NCBI GenBank assembly: GCA_964035545.1
Contig: OZ037767.1
Span: forward strand, 15,504,998 to 15,568,997
DNA length: 64,000 nucleotides
Source: Bugula neritina
Lineage: Eukaryota > Animalia > Bryozoa
Direction: 5' to 3'
Shown: positions 51,236 through 64,000 of the stretch, piece after piece
Position numbering within the stretch: position 1 is the first letter of the stretch
Layout of the letters: each line of letters opens with the position of its first letter
The notes under the pieces: generated by a model
Told to the model about the DNA's origin: nothing
What the model saw: the letters and a program-made list of their open reading frames with translations, nothing else
The model's database searches: none
Position numbers and translations under genes: made by a program

Positions 51236-51852
51236 ACTACCCGGAGTAAGAAAAGCGGCAAGCCAGGGCCTTCCCGCCCAAGAGACCCCCAACCCAGAAG
51301 AAGGCCTCACGGGCCGAAGAGAGAGCAACCACGGGGCGTACCCCGTGAATGGCAGATACCACGACGGACCAGCCGCCCTAATGGGCAACGCGAACCGTTC
51401 AGGCTACCAATCACCAACCGCTTCAGCCAGTTACCGGAGACGAAGCTAGCCCTCGGGACATCGGAAAGGAACTAAGCACCCCTCCGCCAAAGAAGCGGCA
51501 CCAGCAGGCCACCAAACGGACAACACGCCGTTTGACGGAGACTGCGCATGCTAGGGAAGTAAGGTTGCAACCGCATGGAGAGAGCTACTTCTTGCCCGGG
51601 ATGGTAGCCGGCAAAGCCGTCACGTTCTTGCTAGACTCCGGTTGCAACACGAATCTCCTCAGCAGACGAGTCTTCGATGCCCTCCCTCTCCAGGTGAGGA
51701 AGGAATTTGCTCTCTACACCAGGGAACCTGGCACCCTCGCAGACGGGTCGCGTATCCCCTTCTACGGTGTTGTAGAGCTGCCTGGTCGCGTCCGCGACCG
51801 GGCCATCCAGGAAACTTTCATCCTCAGCCAGCTGGAAGAAGATGCCATCCTG

Positions 51853-52608
51853 CACAGGATAGTTAAGGGCAACCTTTTAGCTGCAACTGCCTTGCTGAGG
51901 TTTGCATTGTAATCATATAAGAATTCAGTACCAGTAAAATAAAATCTCACCTAATTATGCTAGAGTCAAAATTTAAAAACTATGCTGTAGATCTTCTTTT
52001 TCTCCAGGGTAAATTTTTTGGAAATTTCAATTTTAATTTTTTTTGCAAAGTTATAGACAAAAAACTGCCCAATTTAGGCCAATTTTGCCTGAAAAGCTGA
52101 CTTTTCAGTACCAATAAAATATCTCAGCAGCAAAACATGATATCTGAATAAAAATTGCACTGCTGGAATCCTGAGATATTTCTCCAGGGTAACTTTTTTT
52201 CTTTTTTCAATAATTCTTCTAGATTGCCCACAAATTGGTGATTTATACACTGAAAATGCCATATTTTTTCATAGTAAATTAGCAGCGCGCAGTGCTTCAC
52301 GCTTCAATGAGCACGTAGGGATGAGAAGATATTGGCGCGTACATGCTAATTATAGGCTTGCTAGCTGGCAGGCTATAATGAATAGCTTGCTTGGTACTTT
52401 GTTTATGTAGCGCCTATACTGGAATGTTGATAGATAACGCAGCCCTAATGAAGGTTGCTGCTTATTGGTTGTAGTTTGATCTTAGGCTAAACAATTGCAA
52501 GTAGGCAACACGCATGCCACCCGCAGAGTAGTATTATTCAGGAACCTAACCTCCATTTTGAGAGAAATTTATGATATTCTTAGTGAGGATGCCCTTAACT
52601 ATCCTGTG
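51853..52608. mobile_element. Non-autonomous TIR element with CAC...GTG ends (CMC/EnSpm-like), inserted in the protease of C
   Basis: 19-bp perfect TIR CACAGGATAGTTAAGGGCA; TG on both flanks; splits EEDAIL|GAPFLKRH. Confidence 0.85.
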
Positions 52609-53990
52609 TGGGGCGCCGTTCCTGAAGCGACACCAATGCCATATGGATTTCCATAAGTCCGCCATACTAATGGCAAGCCGGGATTTTTCCTGTGTCGATA
52701 GGTTCGGCCGTCCCTTGGTCGGGGGCGTGCAGGTGGTACGTAATTGTACAGTACCCGGCCGCTCCTGGGCGATCATTCACTGCAGGGTGAATGACCACCA
52801 ACTCTCTGGATTAGGGGTCGTTGAAGGAACGCACAAGAGAATCCAACTCGCCAGTAGCTTGAACCGGCTAACTGACCGAGGGGAGATTTTGGTGCAGTGT
52901 ATCAACCCCCTTTCAGAGTCGGTGACACTACCATCCGGATCCCTACTGGGGCGCTTCCACACGGTCCAAGAGGGAGACATAGGGCCGTCGCTGGGCGAGG
53001 CGACGGAGGGTCCCCAAGAGCGCCCGTCTGTACGGCGGGGGACCATCCCGGAACACGTTCAAGAGCTATACCAGTCAGCCTGTGAAGGCTGCGTGGGCAA
53101 CAAGGAGCACCAAATTATGGCCCAGTTGCTGCGCCAGTATGGGGAGGTGTTCAGCAGCGGAGACCAGGACGTGGGCCTGACTAGGGCCGTCCGTCACGAA
53201 ATACCGCTAGCTGCCGGGACTCTCCCTATCCGCCAACCCACTAGGAGACTGGGGCTGGAGAAGGAGAAGGAGGTCAGCCGACAAGTCCGGGATCTTCTGG
53301 ACCGCGGCCTCATAGAGCCTGCACATAGTGTGTAAAGCTCCCCAGTCGTTCTGGTCCGGAAGAAAGACGGCAGTTGGCGGTTCTGTGTGGATTACCGCAA
53401 ACCTAATAGCGTAACCAAACAGGACGCCTACCCTCTACCTCGGATAGACGAATCCCGGGACGCCTTTGCCGGCAGCAAGTACTTCAATACTTTAGACTTG
53501 CTGAGTGGCTACTGGCAATTCCCCCTGAGTCTCGACGCCCAAGAGAAAGCGGCGTTCATCACCAGAGATGGGCTGTGGAAGTGGAAGGTACTGCCCTTCG
53601 GGTTAACTTCCGCTCCTGCTACCTTCCAGCGGCTCATGGAACAGGTTCTCAGCGGGCTCCACTGGAAGACGCTGCTCGTCTACCTCGATGATGTCATCGT
53701 GATCTCCCCAAACTTTACGACTCATGTCAGTCGTCTGCGGGAGGTCTTCGAGCGACTCCGAGGTGCCGACCTCAAACTCAAACCTTCCAAGTGCGCTCTC
53801 TTGCAGCCGGAGGTGAAGTACCTGGGGCACGTCGTCGGCCGCAATGGCGTGGCGACGGACCCCGACAAGGTGCGGGCTGTGGCCGACTGGGTCACCCCCC
53901 AGGACTTGACCGGACTCCGGGCCTTCCTGGGGCTGGTAGGGTATTATAGACAATACATACCAGACTTTGCGGGGGTTGCACAGCCGTTAA

Positions 53991-54670
53991 CCCTTTGGCG
54001 ATCAACTTTGAAGTTACGTAGTTTTAAGCCTCGTTTGAGTTTATCGCTAAATTTGCTAACAAATATTGCATAACTTTCAATTTCATTATTAAAAAGTTAC
54101 ACTTGATTTTGGCTTTAAATAAACTGGGTATTATAATTTTGAGAGTATCTTCTTTTATAAAAAGCTTCTTAAAGTGAGGGGAGACCTCAATTCTAGCTAA
54201 AATCAGTCATTTTAATTTGACCTCTCAAAACCGCCATTTTAAAATTAAAAATTCAAAATGATAAAATTAATTTATAATATGATTCAAAATATAGTGATTT
54301 TAACATTTCTGTTTATTTAGATGTTCTTCTAAATGTAATCTGAATAAAATAAACTGGCTCTCTATAACTTGACAGCAGTTTTTTGCATTTGAAAGTAGCG
54401 TTAAAATTTACCGACAATTTTGAAATTTAGGGATTAAATTGAAAAGCAACTAGCTGGCTTGGTAGCTATTAATTTAATGGCTCTAATTATCCCAAAATTA
54501 CTAAGCTGCCCTATCAACATCAATTACAAAAACTTTTAGGCTTTTCGGTTGAAAACTGGAAGTTTAAAGTAAGCGCTATCGTTTATTTACCTAAAAGACC
54601 ATATATGGTCCATTGATCTGTGGATAGCGTCGCTTTGAGGGACATATATGGTCCATTGATCGCGTAAGGG
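53991..54670. mobile_element. piggyBac-type MITE inserted in pol of C
   Basis: TTAA TSD (53987-53990, 54671-54674); TIR CCCTTTGGCGATCAA / CCCTTACGCGATCAA; removal restores AQPLNRLIAKGVAWQW. Confidence 0.92.
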
Positions 54671-57600
54671 TTAAATCGGCTCATCGCAAAGGGAGTGGCC
54701 TGGCAGTGGACATCCGTCGAACAAAGGGCATTCGGCAGTCTCAAGAGTCGCTTGCTAGAGGCCCCAATTCTGGCCTACCCAGACCCCGCTCTGGAGTACA
54801 TCCTTGACACAGACGCCAGTGACCAGAACGTTGGTGCTGTGTTGTCACAAGTGCAAGAGGGCCGTGAAGTAGTCGTAGCTTACTATAGCAAATTGCTCTC
54901 ACCCCCTGAGCGCAATTACTGCACTACCCGCAAGGAGTTATTGGCAGTAATCAAGTCAGTGAAACACTTTCGGCCTTATCTTTACGGTAGGCCATTCTGC
55001 TTACGGACGGACCACGCCTCCTTGATTTGGCTGTGTAAGAGAGCTGAACCGTCCAGTCAGGTCGCCCGATGGCTTGAAGTCTTGGCCGAGTTTTCATACC
55101 GGATCGAACATCGACCCGGTAGGAAACACGGCAATGCGGACGGGCTGAGTTGGCGGCCGGACGAGGGGTGTAAACAGTGTCACAACATCGAGAGAAGGGA
55201 TGGGGGTCCCCCAAGATTCGAGTTTGCGACACTGGACCACCCTGGAGTGAGCTACGACTGGGACCAAGGTCAACTCAAACCAAGGAGTCCCAACCCACCG
55301 GAGGCTGTCAACAACCTCCGAGCCAACCCGGTCTTAGCTCGTAATATCAGGGAGCTGCAGAAACTCCAGGAAGACCTCCCTGGGGTGGTAGCCGACATAT
55401 ATCGAGCTAAACAGGAAGGGCGACGACCCAGCGAAGAACAGCTGCGGCAGGGGTGCGCCGAATTACGGCTGTACTGCCAACGCTGGGACTCTCTGTGGAT
55501 CGGGCCAGATGGTCTGCTGACCATCACCTTGACCGCCGACCAGGGACACCCTGGTCGAGAAAGGGTGATCTGTCCAGCCGCCATGCGCTGGGAGCTAGTA
55601 TGGAACACTCACCGACAGGCTCATGCCGGAGTCCGGAGGGTGCTTTTCAAGCTAAGGCTCCGGTGGTATTGGCCCAACATGGAGCGTGACGTCCGACTAA
55701 GGATCAAGCAATGCGAAATCTGCCAGGCCAGCAAGCATGGCCGTCTTCCTAGAGAGGCGGGACGACGTAGGCTATATGCCGGTAGGCCGTGGCAGGTGGT
55801 AGCTGTTGACTTGGTCGGGCCCATGCCCACCACCCCCAGAGGAAACAGCTGGATCCTAGTGCTGACCGACCACTTCACTAGGTGGGCCGACGCTCTGGCC
55901 ATCCCGGATGCGTCTGCCCAGACAGTGGCCAGCATACTAGATCAGCGTGTATTCTGCTACTTTGGGCTGCCCGAGCAATTACACTCGGACCAGGGGTCGC
56001 AATTTCAGTCTCAACTGATGAGCGACCTCTGTCGCCTCTGGGGAATAAAGCAAAGTAGGACCACTCCATACCACCCTCAGGGCAACGGGGTGGTCGAACG
56101 CAACAACCGGATGCTGGGCGACGCACTCCGCAGTCTACTACTCGGCCGAGGCCAGGAGGAATGGGATCTCGTATTGCCACCGGTCATGCGGGCCTACCGC
56201 AGCACGCCACATACCAGCACCGGCGAGACCCCCAACCTCTTGACACTCGGTCGTGAGACACGAGTGCCCGACCACTTCGCCTATCATATTCCGGAGCCAG
56301 AATACTCTGTCCACGAGTACGCTGAGGAATTGATAGAGCGTCTGAGAGTCGCACACGAAATACTGCGGGAGAAGCAGCGGCAGGTGCGACAGGAAGACGC
56401 TGACGAGTCACCCCTCTACCAGACTGGAGACTGGGTCTGGATGATCAACTACCGTAGGCGTCGAGGACAGGCGGCTAAACTACAGCTTAAGTTCGTAGGA
56501 CCCTACGTGGTAGTTGAGGCAATGCCCAATCATACTTACAAGCTGGAGCGGTCTGGACAGATATCTGTCCAGAATGAAGCCAGCTTGAAACCCTATTGGG
56601 CTAGCCCAGGTGCGGCACGAGGTGCCCCCCCCATTGTTAGAGCCCAGGAGGCAGACAACAATGCGCGGGCGGCGGCGGCATAAACCCAATGATGAGTGGG
56701 TCATGCCACGGACAGAAGACTTGGCAAGGCAAGAGAGGCCACCCCCTCCAACGGGGACGCGCCCTCTGCCCCCAGCGCTAAGCCGTCCGGCCCCAAGGCT
56801 ACCACCACCACTTCCAGAACTAAATATACTTCCGGAAGTGCAAAACCCCCCCACGGGAGGGGCTCTGTCCGGAGAGAACAGGGGAGAAGAGGGAATGCCA
56901 GCCGACGGGAGGCAGGAAACACCACCAGTAGAGTGTAGCAGCCCACTGGTGAGTACACCACCTCCCTCACCAGCTACCCCACCTACCCACCGCACAACAA
57001 TCATTATAGATGTTATAAAATTAGTTGGGTGATAAAGTTTGAAAATGCACAATAGCATGAAGTTATTAATTGTTCTAGTATTGATGAGCCATATGAGTTT
57101 ATTTTACAAGTTGCTTTTATTATGACCTGTAAAAGTGTTAGGATTGTTAGACTAACAAAAACATAGTTTTTCTCTGTAAATTATTAAAACGAGATCATGA
57201 AATCATTAATTTAAAGTTTTTTAGGAGTTTATTCAAACTTAATATATAGTTTTATAAAACAGGTTTAATAGTTATTATGTTTAACTTGGAAACCAAAAAA
57301 ACTTTAAATAATAATTTTCAGATCGTTGAAATATTATTTTTTACTAAAATGCCTCTATTGTATGAGATAATATATAACATGTCACAAATTGTTATTGGTA
57401 GGTGACGAATGAAATACCAATACCGGTACTGTTATATATAATATATATACTGTGTATTAACCAAACTGCTTTTATTAACAAAAATATACTAATACTGTTA
57501 TATATAGTATAATGGTTTTATCCCAGATAGACCCTATTTTTATTTCAGTTTCATATAATTACATAATGATATATAGCTATATAACTGTTGTAATAATTGC

Positions 57601-57994
57601 TAAATAGCTAAAATACCAATGACTTATTATATCAGCCAACATGAATTATTTGGAATATTATTCTAATTTTCACAAATTTGTGAGAGACAAAAAACAGTGT
57701 AATACAATAATAATAGACATTACATTTAATTAATAACTACTCATTAACAAAATATCTGCATTTAAACAAAAAGAAAAAGAATATTCGAAATTATTGTTAA
57801 TGCAAATCAAAGAAATTAATCCTGTGCTAAATATGTGCTTCATTTAAATATACATATATATTTCAATAATATTAAAATAAATTGCATATAAAATATATAT
57901 TACACCAAAATTAACAAGTAAGGTCTAACTGGGCAGCGTCTATTTAGGATAACACCCGAACAAACTGTTTTTATTACCAGCAGCTGTCTAGAAG

Positions 57995-60862
57995 ATGCAT
58001 GAATATCTGATGTGTATAGCACTGGTTCCTATAGTTTATGGTTCAGTGTACATGGGTTGTTACGTGGACACTCGTATCAGAGCTCTACCATTGAGGTATG
58101 ATTCTATAGTGACATGACAGTCGACCTTTGTATTGGCTACTGCATTTACAGAGGTAAGTATTCCATTCACTTACTAAGTTGAATTTTTACAACATAGTGA
58201 AATTGTAACCTATAAAGCAGAGCTAATAAATTAGCCATCATTTTAGGATTAACTCACAATATTATCTTGAAACTTCAAAGGAATTGCAATTATTCTGAAA
58301 TAAGATTGCTACATACTTATTCTTGAAATATTTGTGCTTGCTTTAAAGTTTAGACATTTTACCTGAGCTACAAGTATTTAAATAGTGTCATGCAGTTGGT
58401 ATCTAGCACAGTGAGCCGCAGCGGTATAGGGGTCAGAGCGTTTGCCTACAAGTAAGCACAAAGTAATAAGTTTGAGCCCCATTATAAGCCTGCCGTGATG
58501 TTAGGAAGAGCATCCAGTCATAATTGCTCCTGTGCTTCATATGAATAAGTCTTAAGCCAGCTTTAACAAAAACCCTTTCTATCAGGGATCTTCTCATAGG
58601 TATGGTGACTATAATAAACTTGTGTGACTTGGTATATATTAGCATGTGTGCACATAATATATCCAAGAAAATTTGCATGTCGCAAAATATATTAAATATC
58701 TACATAACTTTGAAATCTATAGCTAACTAGTTGTTTGATTGGCTATAAATATCATATTACAGTAAATTATTTAAAGTGAATTGATTATATCAAATTAATA
58801 TGTTAGCAAGCATAAAGTCAACTAATATTAATAATCGCCTTAGTTGTAAACTGAGTCAACAAATGTAAATAAATCAATAAAGAAACATTAGGTATACAAG
58901 CAATTAGCTGCTCATAATATTTGTTCAGTAAGTGTAAATATTATACATGTTCAGAAACTGCTTGCTTAAGTTTACCTAATTAATAGCAAGTATAAACATT
59001 TTGTCATTTATATAGATGCTACGATATTGAGTTTGTCAGAGGAAAATTCAATTATGCAATTATTGGACTAGTCGTAAAATTTTTTTTGAATAGTAGGATT
59101 AATTGAAGAATACTCAAATAATAGTTTATTAATCAAAGTTTTATTCACATTAACTAGAACTCACAGCTCTCTATCACTATATAGCCATGATAAATTTGCT
59201 AAAATTTTGGGAAAAAGTAACTATATGTTATAATGGCAAAATTGCTACTTATATATTTTCTAGTACATATATATATGCTCATTAAACCATAAATTTTATT
59301 CAAATAAAATGTTGACATGAAGATTAATCAACCCTGCTGGTATTTCAAGGTCACCCCTACGCTGGTGTGCAGACGGATGACACTTGTTTCTGCGGAAGTG
59401 AGTACGACAAGTATGGAATTGGTGAAGAAACGAGCTGCAGAGACCCTTGCAAAGGAAATACTAGTCAGATATGTGGTGGAGGCTGGAGAAACAGTGTCTA
59501 TAAAATAACTGGGAAAGGTACATAAAAGATCAACTCAAAATGAAATTGACCAATTAAATTTCGATGCAAATAAGGAAAATAAAAATAATTTTGATGCTCA
59601 TTTACTATTATTTTAAAGCCTAAAAATTTGTATATTTGCACCTAAACTTTAATAAGATTTTAATCGCAAAATATGCTTAGATTTAAAGTCACTTCAACAA
59701 TGTATCTAACAGCTGAATTTTGTTTAAATATATACTGTAGAAAAGAATGAATCTAGCCAAAGTGTACCAAGACCCATTCGCTATGTCGGCAAAATTGAAG
59801 TTGGAGGACTGACTGATGACATCATATCCTTTATTGAACATCCAACTGATTCTACTAAAATAATAGCAGCTACATCAAAACAACTTGTAGAGATCAATAA
59901 CCATGGAGACTGTACAGTAGTAGCTGGTGTGCAGCTGCAAAGTTGTTTGCATACGCAAAACTCACTTTCATTTGCTTCCATCAGCCATATTGTTTATGCT
60001 CACTTCACTGATCTGACTTCACATCACTTCCTGTTTAACAAGTCTGTCATCTTGGTGGCTGATGAAGGTGACCATTGCATTAAATTCTTTGAATTTCAAC
60101 AGAAACCTTTGTTCTCTAATTTTCAAACCTACAAAATTGGCAATTGTGGACTTCCACAAGTATCCCCTTTGTTAGCTGATAAAGTTCGACACTTTAGTGA
60201 ACCTCAGGCAATCATGCTGAACAGCCCAAAACATATTTCTCTGTACCATGACTCTGAGACTATTAGACTGGTTGTTAACTGTGTACTGACTGAAGTATAC
60301 TCTGTTATTGTTAGTATCTATCCAACTCACACTGTAGCATATGAGTACAGTGGACACCCTGGGTACGTTACCGATATGTTAGGTCATTTTCATTTTCCAT
60401 TGATGAAATCACAGGGATTTAGCAGTGTGGAAAACAAAAGCGATTTAGCAAAGGTGGAATTGCATATTGAGGATAGTTTTGGCACATTAATCGGGGTTTA
60501 TCTTTATTTTTGTGCGTCAACTATAAGTTCAGAAGTTCCCAGACTGTTAAATGATTTGCCAACAATATTAATGAGTGGTTAAATTCAATATTTGATTTAC
60601 AATCATACTAGTCAGGAGCTGTTCATACGGAATTTACAAATTTTACATCTTCCTCTGGAAGCGGAGTCTAAACTGAGTCAATATACTGTAGCACGTGATT
60701 CTCTCATACTCTACAGTCAAAGCCTGAAAACATTTTATTTCACAAAGAGATATTCTCAATATCAGAGAGTTAGTGAGAGTCAGTGTAGTCAGTCTATTAT
60801 ACAAAAGTTACAGGTGAATGGAGCTGAATCTTGTGCTTATGTCTGCTTTAAATATGTTGAAA
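57995..60862 (+). pseudogene. Secreted WSC-domain gene, copy 2 (exons 57995-58153, 59350-59517, 59741-~60862)
   Basis: MHEYLMCIALVPIVYG signal-like peptide, YMGCYVD...MTVDLCIGYC, then YAGVQ...CFCG...CGGGWRNSVY. 1-nt frameshift near 58105, TAA at 60580-60582, PAN-like domain cut after ESCAYVCFKY. Confidence 0.8.
58410..58630 (+). mobile_element. tRNA-derived SINE
   Basis: Degenerate A box (GGTATAGGGGTCAG) and B box (GTTTGAGCCC), followed by an AGGAAGAGCATCCAGTC core; second copy at 30655-30783. Confidence 0.6.
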
Positions 60863-60872
60863 AATTATTCAT

Positions 60873-63800
60873 TCACTTGTTTTTCTTCATTCCAAAAATG
60901 GTAAGCTTTCCATCATTTGCTGCTTCTTTCACTTTTGACCAATCAGTGACTGCTTCACATAAATCGCCAAGCGCAGACAAGCCTCCTTTCTTTGCACTGT
61001 CCATCCATTGTCCAGTTATCTGAAATTTATATTATGTGGGAAGTTTAAATAAAAATGCATTATAGTACCAATGTTTATATATCATTATAGAAAAAATATT
61101 ATAAGATTGTAATACTATCACTTGTTTTGTGGCTTCTATGAAACATAATTATTAAGCAACTGGCAAAAACGTTTTTTATGCTATAGTTATTAAAAACTCT
61201 GCAAAAATAATTAAATAATTTCTGCATGGTTCTATACTTTGTATACTATGTTATATATAAAAATGTAGAACGCTATAAACCTCAATTACATCAAGAAGAT
61301 GTTTGTATGTTAATACAACTCAACTTTGTAACATGACACAAAATATGAGCCTGTTCAAAATAAACACCGTGAGGTGGTGTTAAAGCTAATGCTGATAGTT
61401 GCATAGTTTTCAATACAATAATTCTTGTTTATAGAAGATTCTCGTGGCATATTATAACAGCACAACTTTAGATGTTAGGTTTATACTACTTCTAGAAATC
61501 ACAAAAATCAATGCCTATAAACAAAAGTACGGATGTTGCTTTTATTATTATATAACTAGGATATGTAAGTTAAAAGTCTACCTCATCTAGTTTATCTTTA
61601 TCCAGTACACTCAGGTAGTAGATGTATCTGAATCTGTCAATAGTTTTACGACATTTCCCTGTTGGTTTAAGAGCATCATGAATAGATTTGGCTCTTTTAC
61701 TAGCCAGTTGGTTATGTACATATTCCATCAACTGTATAGCCTGTTCTGGTGTTTGTACTGCAAGGAACACAGGATAAACTATTTACATATTAAGATATGA
61801 GAAGATATGAGTATTAGTATTCTACCTCTGCTATAGGAGATATTACTGGGTGTAATATAACAGCTGGTCATATATATCAAACTCTAGAGTTGCCTCTTCA
61901 TCTTATATATAGTAAGAGTTGTCTTACCTTATTATATATAGTAAGAGTTGTCTTATCTTATGATATATAGTAGGAGTTGTCTTATCTTATGATATATAGT
62001 AAGAGTTGTCTTATCTTATTATATATAGTAGGAGTTGTCATACCATATTGGAAACTTTTTGCAGCATTAGGAGCTGACAAATCTTGGCCAGCCTGCTTGT
62101 CACTGACTCTTTCTACAAAATACACAAAAGTCATGCATGCTATCGTAATGGGTAGCCTCAATGTATATATAGGAAACTTTATAAAAACATGTTAAATTAA
62201 AATGTTAACAGAATGTTACATTTTTATTCATGATTACTATAATTTATTTCAACAAACCTGTAACCAGTGTTTCTTGGTTCTCAACAAATATTGAGAATGG
62301 AACATCCACTAATCCAAGTCTGAGACAGTCGGAGTATCTCGATTTATCTGAAAAAAAAATACAAGTTGATCAAACAAGTAAAACCTAAAATATCCGTCAA
62401 TTATCTACTTTTACCTGCTATAGGCAAAGATTACAATAAAACAAGTATACATTACCTTCATTTAGAATACGAGTCACACAGTCCTTTCCAATAAAACGTT
62501 TGAGATCTTCAATAGTCATGTGATCTTCAAATGGGTAAACTATATTCTCTCCTTGAACTTTTACAGTTACTTTACAGTTTTTCACTTTACCTGCATAAAA
62601 AACTCATCACATGATCACAAAGCCAACTTTAATCTTAGCGTAATTACACATCATCAATGTAACAAATAGGTATCTTTAGAGGCACACACGGAAGTAACTT
62701 ACTCTTGAATGGCCCATCTGATCTGGTAGGAAGTGAAACTGCTTGGTGTACTGCTACAGTAGCAGGTATATCTTGATGTGGTGCTGCAACCGCTGGATCT
62801 ATCAGAGAAGGAACTTCAGTTGACTGCGCCATGTTCTCCATTGTGTTTTCTGCTGACACATGCTCATGTGGTGCTGTAACACTTGAGAAAGCTTGGTGTG
62901 GTGCCACAGTGTTAAACTGACTTAGTTGTGATGATCCTGTATCTGGCACTGGATCATGTGAAAGAGTAGTAGTTTGGTTTAGTGCTTCAAAAGTAAAGGT
63001 AATACAAATAATATAGCTATATTAAATGTTGATGATATTAAATCATACTTTCTCTCATTTAGTAGAAAGACTCAATATATGGCAGTCAATTAGCATTTGT
63101 CTATCAACTCAATGGTCATAATTACCTATATTGCAAATTTCAACATTTAAAACACTTAGAGTTTTAGTGAACTGCAAGAATCAGCTTATAGGACTAAAAG
63201 ACTACAAACTTATATAACTCACATGCAGTCCTTTGATATTTAGTTGAGGGCAAAACTGTCATAGCTGGTTCTGCAGGTCTTTTGCTGCCCGAAACTTTGT
63301 CGGTTTGCTTTTTCAAGTCAAAAACTTGAATAAACGAATCGCTTTCTTGTGCCGGGTCAATAACAGGAGAGTTTGCGCTACTTTTCAATTGCAGATCAAA
63401 TTCGTGTTCATTTTCCATTTTCCTGCTTCTGAAACCTCCTTCATGTATTTTTACTCCTGATGACACATAGTTAGGAAAGTTGGACATTAGAGATGAGGGC
63501 CATTTGAATCGAGTGTCTGCTTCTCTATGGATGTTGCTTTCATCATTCACATGCGAAAGAATTGTAGAGGTCATGTTGTTGGAAGTTGGAGGAATGAATG
63601 GAGACAAGTCCTCTGAATGGTTGAAAAATGGAGCATTCAACTGAGGAGATGGAGATGGTAAACTGACTGTGGGATTCTCTGGTCTAGGAAACCACTGTGG
63701 TGTTGACAGTGTGGGTACACTTGGCATAGAAGAAGACCCATTAGTATTGTTTAGTCGGTGGGCCTCCATGTTTGATGGAGGGAGTTGGAACCAAGATGGC

Positions 63801-63933
63801 TGAAGAGAAGTCAACTGTGGCGCTGTTTGTCGATACAATGGTTGTTTTAGATGTGGTGGTTGCCAGTGCTGCGAAAATATTGGTTGATGTGGAGACAAAG
63901 GATGGTGTGTCTGTTCTTTCCAGGGATCCGTCT
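60873..63933 (-). CDS. 3' exons of a multi-exon gene; low-complexity N-part, CCDC106-like C-terminal domain (5' end outside window)
   Basis: Exons 63933-63223, 62984-62703, 62590-62456, 62347-62258, 62112-62044, 61757-61582, 61019-60873, all GT-AG and phase-consistent, stop at 60875-60873. Domain call is by eye only. Confidence 0.75.
61900..62038. repeat. 29-bp intronic minisatellite (TCTTATCTTATGATATATAGTAAGAGTTG-like)
   Basis: 4-5 tandem units. Confidence 0.85.
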
Positions 63934-64000
63934 CTAAAGAAATGTTAAACATGTAAAATAAAATTTCATGCATGTAAACGTGTCATTCAGCTTGTAAATG

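Larger units (their letters stand above)
51532..56940 (+). pseudogene. pol: Element C pol (PR-RT-RH-IN), interrupted
   Basis: LLDSGC, YLDD, LDTDAS and integrase core present. Stop at 53333-53335; insertions at 51853-52608 and 53991-54670; poly-C frameshift near 56630. Confidence 0.93.
50212..56999 (+). mobile_element. Ty3/Gypsy LTR retrotransposon C, decayed, 3' region deleted
   Basis: Putative 5' LTR 50212-50480, the same tRNA-Leu PBS, gag and pol homologous to A, two nested insertions, no full 3' LTR. Confidence 0.92.

Noticed and set aside
60592-61023. Single 143-aa protein
   Set aside because: Chimeric frame: WSC paralogue remnant up to ~60862, then the antisense of another gene's last exon.

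Overview
AT-rich eukaryotic genomic DNA with GT-AG introns, most likely from an invertebrate animal. The species cannot be determined from sequence alone, and many ORF-track starts are GTG/TTG and therefore not real eukaryotic starts. The window holds three related Ty3/Gypsy LTR retrotransposons, all primed by tRNA-Leu. Element A (5659-13124, minus) is full-length with near-identical LTRs but a damaged pol. Element B (14625-19888, plus) has LTRs identical by eye, lacks RT, RNase H and the integrase core, yet keeps an open pol frame. Element C (50212-56999, plus) is decayed and carries two nested MITEs. The main finding is that A and B both carry a third gene in the env position that is not an envelope. 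It encodes a C2H2/C2HC zinc-finger, Arg-rich, coiled-coil protein from a conserved 25-nt ATG mini-exon, a ~260-nt GT-AG intron and a main exon. A phase-compatible splice donor near the start of gag in all three elements offers a second route to the same acceptor, an architecture reminiscent of complex retroviruses. The window also contains a Tc1 transposon, a foldback MITE, SINE remnants, two disrupted paralogues of a secreted WSC/NHL-like/PAN gene, the 3' exons of a gene with a CCDC106-like C-terminus, and many simple repeats. All coordinates and alignments were read by eye.
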